Shown here in pieces: positions 61,331 through 64,000 of a stretch of DNA of 64,000 nucleotides. The position numbers were made by a program, and so were the translations under genes. The notes beneath the pieces were generated by a model. That model had not been told where the DNA came from, made no database searches, and saw only the letters and a program-made list of their open reading frames with translations. Every line of letters begins with the position of its first letter. The first letter of the stretch is position 1. Origin of the DNA: an uncultured Candidatus Saccharibacteria bacterium (GTDB lineage: Bacteria > Patescibacteriota > Minisyncoccia > Phycocordibacterales > UBA5272); the NCBI GenBank assembly GCA_964457775.1, contig CAYWEW010000005.1, positions 5,398-69,397 on the forward strand. Direction: 5' to 3'.

Positions 61331-62614
61331 ATGAAAGATCTCATTAAACCAATAATCATAAGAATCCTAACTTGGGAAGCAAAACTCGTCCTTAAGAAGC
61401 ATAAACCATTTATTATTGGGGTGACGGGGAATCTCGGTAAGACTAGTACTAAGGACGCAATTTATGCAGTGATGAAACAACACTTTTATACTCGCCGTAG
61501 TGAGAAGAGTATGAATAGTGAATTCGGAGTGCCTTTAACTATTCTTGGTGAAAAATCTGGCTGGAGTAATCCATTTAAGTGGATGGTTATTATGGTGCGT
61601 GGTATTTTTGTTATTTGGCAAAAAAGTTATCCTACTCACCTTGTTCTTGAAATAGGAGCTGATAGACCAGGGGACATAAGAGATATTGCTAGTTGGGTAA
61701 ATCCTAACATTACTGTTGTAACACAGTTCGGCCAGGTGCCTGTGCATATAGAATTCTTTCCTGATCGCGACGCAGTTATAACCGAAAAGGGGTATCTAGT
61801 GAAAGCACTTAAGGACACAGGTTTATTTATTTACAACGCAGATGATAATGATGCAAAGAAATTATTAGAAACAACAAATGCTCGTAAAGTAAGTATCGGT
61901 ATTCACGAGAATGCAGACATTAAGGCAGATCACGTTAAGATGTACGGTAATCCATTAGATGGTACTGAAGCAGATGTTGTAATGGGTAATGAAAAATGTC
62001 ACGTAGTCTTACCTGAAGTAGTTGGTAAGTCGCCAGTATATTGTGCGCTACCCGCACTTGCTATTGCTCGCGAGCTAAATATTTCCCTTGAAGTTGCGTG
62101 TGCGTCGCTTCGTGATGCCGATAAACCAAAAGGAAGAATGAGATTATTGAGAGGTATGAATGGTTCTACAATTATTGATGATACTTATAACGCATCGCCG
62201 AAAGCTACAGAACACGGACTAAAAACTTTAAGTGAAATGAGTGTGAAAGGGCGTAAGATTGCAGTGCTTGGAGATATGCTTGAACTCGGGCAACACACCC
62301 ACGATGAGCATTATAAGATAGGAATGGAAGCATCGAAGTCATGTCATAAATTATACACAGTTGGTATTCGTGCGCGCATAATGGCTGAGGGGGCACTTGA
62401 TGGAAAAATGTTAGATGACAATATTATGCAATGTGATACAGCAATTGACGCAGGGAAAGAATTGGTTCAAGTACTTGGTCCGAATGACGTTGTCTATGTG
62501 AAAGGTTCACAAGGAACAAGAATGGAAAGAGCTGTGAAGATGATATTGGCAAGTACTCATGACCCGAAAAAGGTACTCGTTCGCCAAGAATCCGAATGGC
62601 TTAAAAAGTCATAA
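61331..62614 (+). CDS. murF: UDP-MurNAc-tripeptide--D-Ala-D-Ala ligase
   Basis: GNLGKTSTK, GVPLT, DDTYNASP, GDMLELG, VKGS. Confidence 0.9.
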   Translation: MKDLIKPIIIRILTWEAKLVLKKHKPFIIGVTGNLGKTSTKDAIYAVMKQHFYTRRSEKSMNSEFGVPLTILGEKSGWSNPFKWMVIMVRGIFVIWQKSYPTHLVLEIGADRPGDIRDIASWVNPNITVVTQFGQVPVHIEFFPDRDAVITEKGYLVKALKDTGLFIYNADDNDAKKLLETTNARKVSIGIHENADIKADHVKMYGNPLDGTEADVVMGNEKCHVVLPEVVGKSPVYCALPALAIARELNISLEVACASLRDADKPKGRMRLLRGMNGSTIIDDTYNASPKATEHGLKTLSEMSVKGRKIAVLGDMLELGQHTHDEHYKIGMEASKSCHKLYTVGIRARIMAEGALDGKMLDDNIMQCDTAIDAGKELVQVLGPNDVVYVKGSQGTRMERAVKMILASTHDPKKVLVRQESEWLKKS

Positions 62615-62635
62615 ATTTTTTACAATAATATATAT

Positions 62636-63208
62636 ATGGAACCAATATTCACTTTACCTTTTTCAGAATATGAAGCAATAAATGAATTAAAAGGTAAATT
62701 AAAGAGTGGGTGTTCCTTTTATGTTCCAACAAGTCGACAACAGAAAGGAATTGATTTTCTTATTCATAACGATAAGAAAAATAATTTTTTAAGAATTCAA
62801 GTAAAAAGTTCACGTTCATATATTAGTGATTCACGCGAAAGGAAGGACAAGAGAAAAATATATAAATACCATTTCTGGTTTAATAATTTTATTGATAAAT
62901 ATAAACCTGGAAATGCTGATTATTATTTTTTGTTTGGTTTATATCCTGAGTATGAAACTAAAGATAATATTAAATCCAGACGAGAATTTTGGAAAACAAT
63001 GATTATTTGTTTTTCTGAAAAAGAAATGTTTTCTTTACTCAAAAAAATAAGAATGACAAAGAATAATAAGATTGACCGTTTTTTCGATATAAGTTTTGAT
63101 GTTCCAGGTCAAATTTATGGCTCAAGAGGTTTTGATAAAAATATTGACCTGTCAAAATTTTTATTAGATAACAAATTAACCGAACTAAAAAAGAAATTAA
63201 ATGTGTAA
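62636..63208 (+). CDS. PD-(D/E)XK restriction-endonuclease-like protein
   Basis: SE..A, GIDFL....IQVKS motif. Confidence 0.6.
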   Translation: MEPIFTLPFSEYEAINELKGKLKSGCSFYVPTSRQQKGIDFLIHNDKKNNFLRIQVKSSRSYISDSRERKDKRKIYKYHFWFNNFIDKYKPGNADYYFLFGLYPEYETKDNIKSRREFWKTMIICFSEKEMFSLLKKIRMTKNNKIDRFFDISFDVPGQIYGSRGFDKNIDLSKFLLDNKLTELKKKLNV

Positions 63209-63489
63209 GAGTATTAATATACTCTTTATCTCTGTTTGTGCTGTATCTTCCTAATAACTAACGTCTCTTTTTACTCGTTGTTGCTTTCCTACACTTACTA
63301 CTACAGAACTTAACACTTTCCCAATCCTCACGCTCCCTGAAACTTTTCATAGTGTTCAAGTCTATTTTACAAACGACACATTTTTTATTTGCTTTATCTG
63401 GATTCATAAGTAAGTAAGATTATGTGATTATGATACCACAGTAATTTGTTTTTTATTTTCCTAACGAGTAATGTTCTAACAAATAACTA

Positions 63490-64000
63490 TTATTTTGTAA
63501 TAGGAACAACTTGTTCTAGGTTGCCAAACACTGACTCAATAAACCTTAACACTTTTGTCCATGTTGTTTTTTTCTGTGTAGTTGCTGATGTTGTTGCTAT
63601 GTTAGTTTCCACTTTAGGGAGTATTTCTATAATTTTTTTCTTGTATGTTTTTACAGGTGAATATACATTATTATATGTTGATGTAGAAACTTCTAGAGTA
63701 GGGATTGTTCCTGTTGCTAATTGTAGACTATTTAAGAGTTCACGGGTACGAGGCCCAACAGTTCCAGGGTATGGTGCAAGATTATTTGCACGTTGGAATG
63801 AGATAACCGCATCACGTGTAACTGGTCCAAAGTATCCTGTGATAGTTGGGAATGTAAAGTAACCATAGTATTTTAGAATTTGTTGTAATGCAATTACATC
63901 ATTTCCAGTTGAACCAATAGTTAATGTACGAGTGAATGTGTATTTATCAGGTGATGTAGTTGTAGGTGTTGCGCTTGAAATTGGTATTGAGGTAGAAACT
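63490..64000 (-). CDS. 3' part of a peptidoglycan-binding-domain (PG_binding_1) protein, truncated by the window edge
   Basis: Minus-frame LTIGSTGNDVIALQQIL...TGYFGPVTRDAVISFQ...GTVGPRTRELLN. Confidence 0.85.
   Translation of the reverse strand, partial: VSTSIPISSATPTTTSPDKYTFTRTLTIGSTGNDVIALQQILKYYGYFTFPTITGYFGPVTRDAVISFQRANNLAPYPGTVGPRTRELLNSLQLATGTIPTLEVSTSTYNNVYSPVKTYKKKIIEILPKVETNIATTSATTQKKTTWTKVLRFIESVFGNLEQVVPITK

Noticed and set aside
63446-63862. Plus-strand 138-aa ORF
   Set aside because: Antisense to a clear PG-binding-domain gene on the minus strand.

Overview
AT-rich bacterial chromosome segment using the standard genetic code. Gene content and reduced protein forms (short EF-Ts, PheS without the N-terminal coiled coil, PheT without the B2 domain, short ValS, many secreted hypothetical proteins) suggest Patescibacteria/CPR, probably Parcubacteria; this is an inference. 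It carries housekeeping genes (rplY, rpmE, prfA, rpsB, tsf, pheS/T, thrS, valS, gyrB, typA, lepA, secA, murC/D/F/J, lemA/htpX), four tRNAs, RNase P RNA and a possible 6S-like RNA. No transposase, integrase, reverse transcriptase or CRISPR array was seen. Most notable: (1) every tRNA gene is followed by a structured non-coding element carrying a split antisense copy of that tRNA's own 3' end plus a direct copy, and two tRNAs also have a second element built on a copy of their 5' end; (2) PheT has an NlpC/P60 peptidase domain with an intact-looking Cys-His-His triad inserted in B5; (3) a SET methyltransferase lies next to an unannotated histone-H1-like Lys/Ala peptide; (4) a secreted fibre family has a constant N-terminus and swapped C-termini; (5) several miniature palindromic element families occur, some nested in each other and some in frame within proteins. 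All calls were made by eye, with no database searches.
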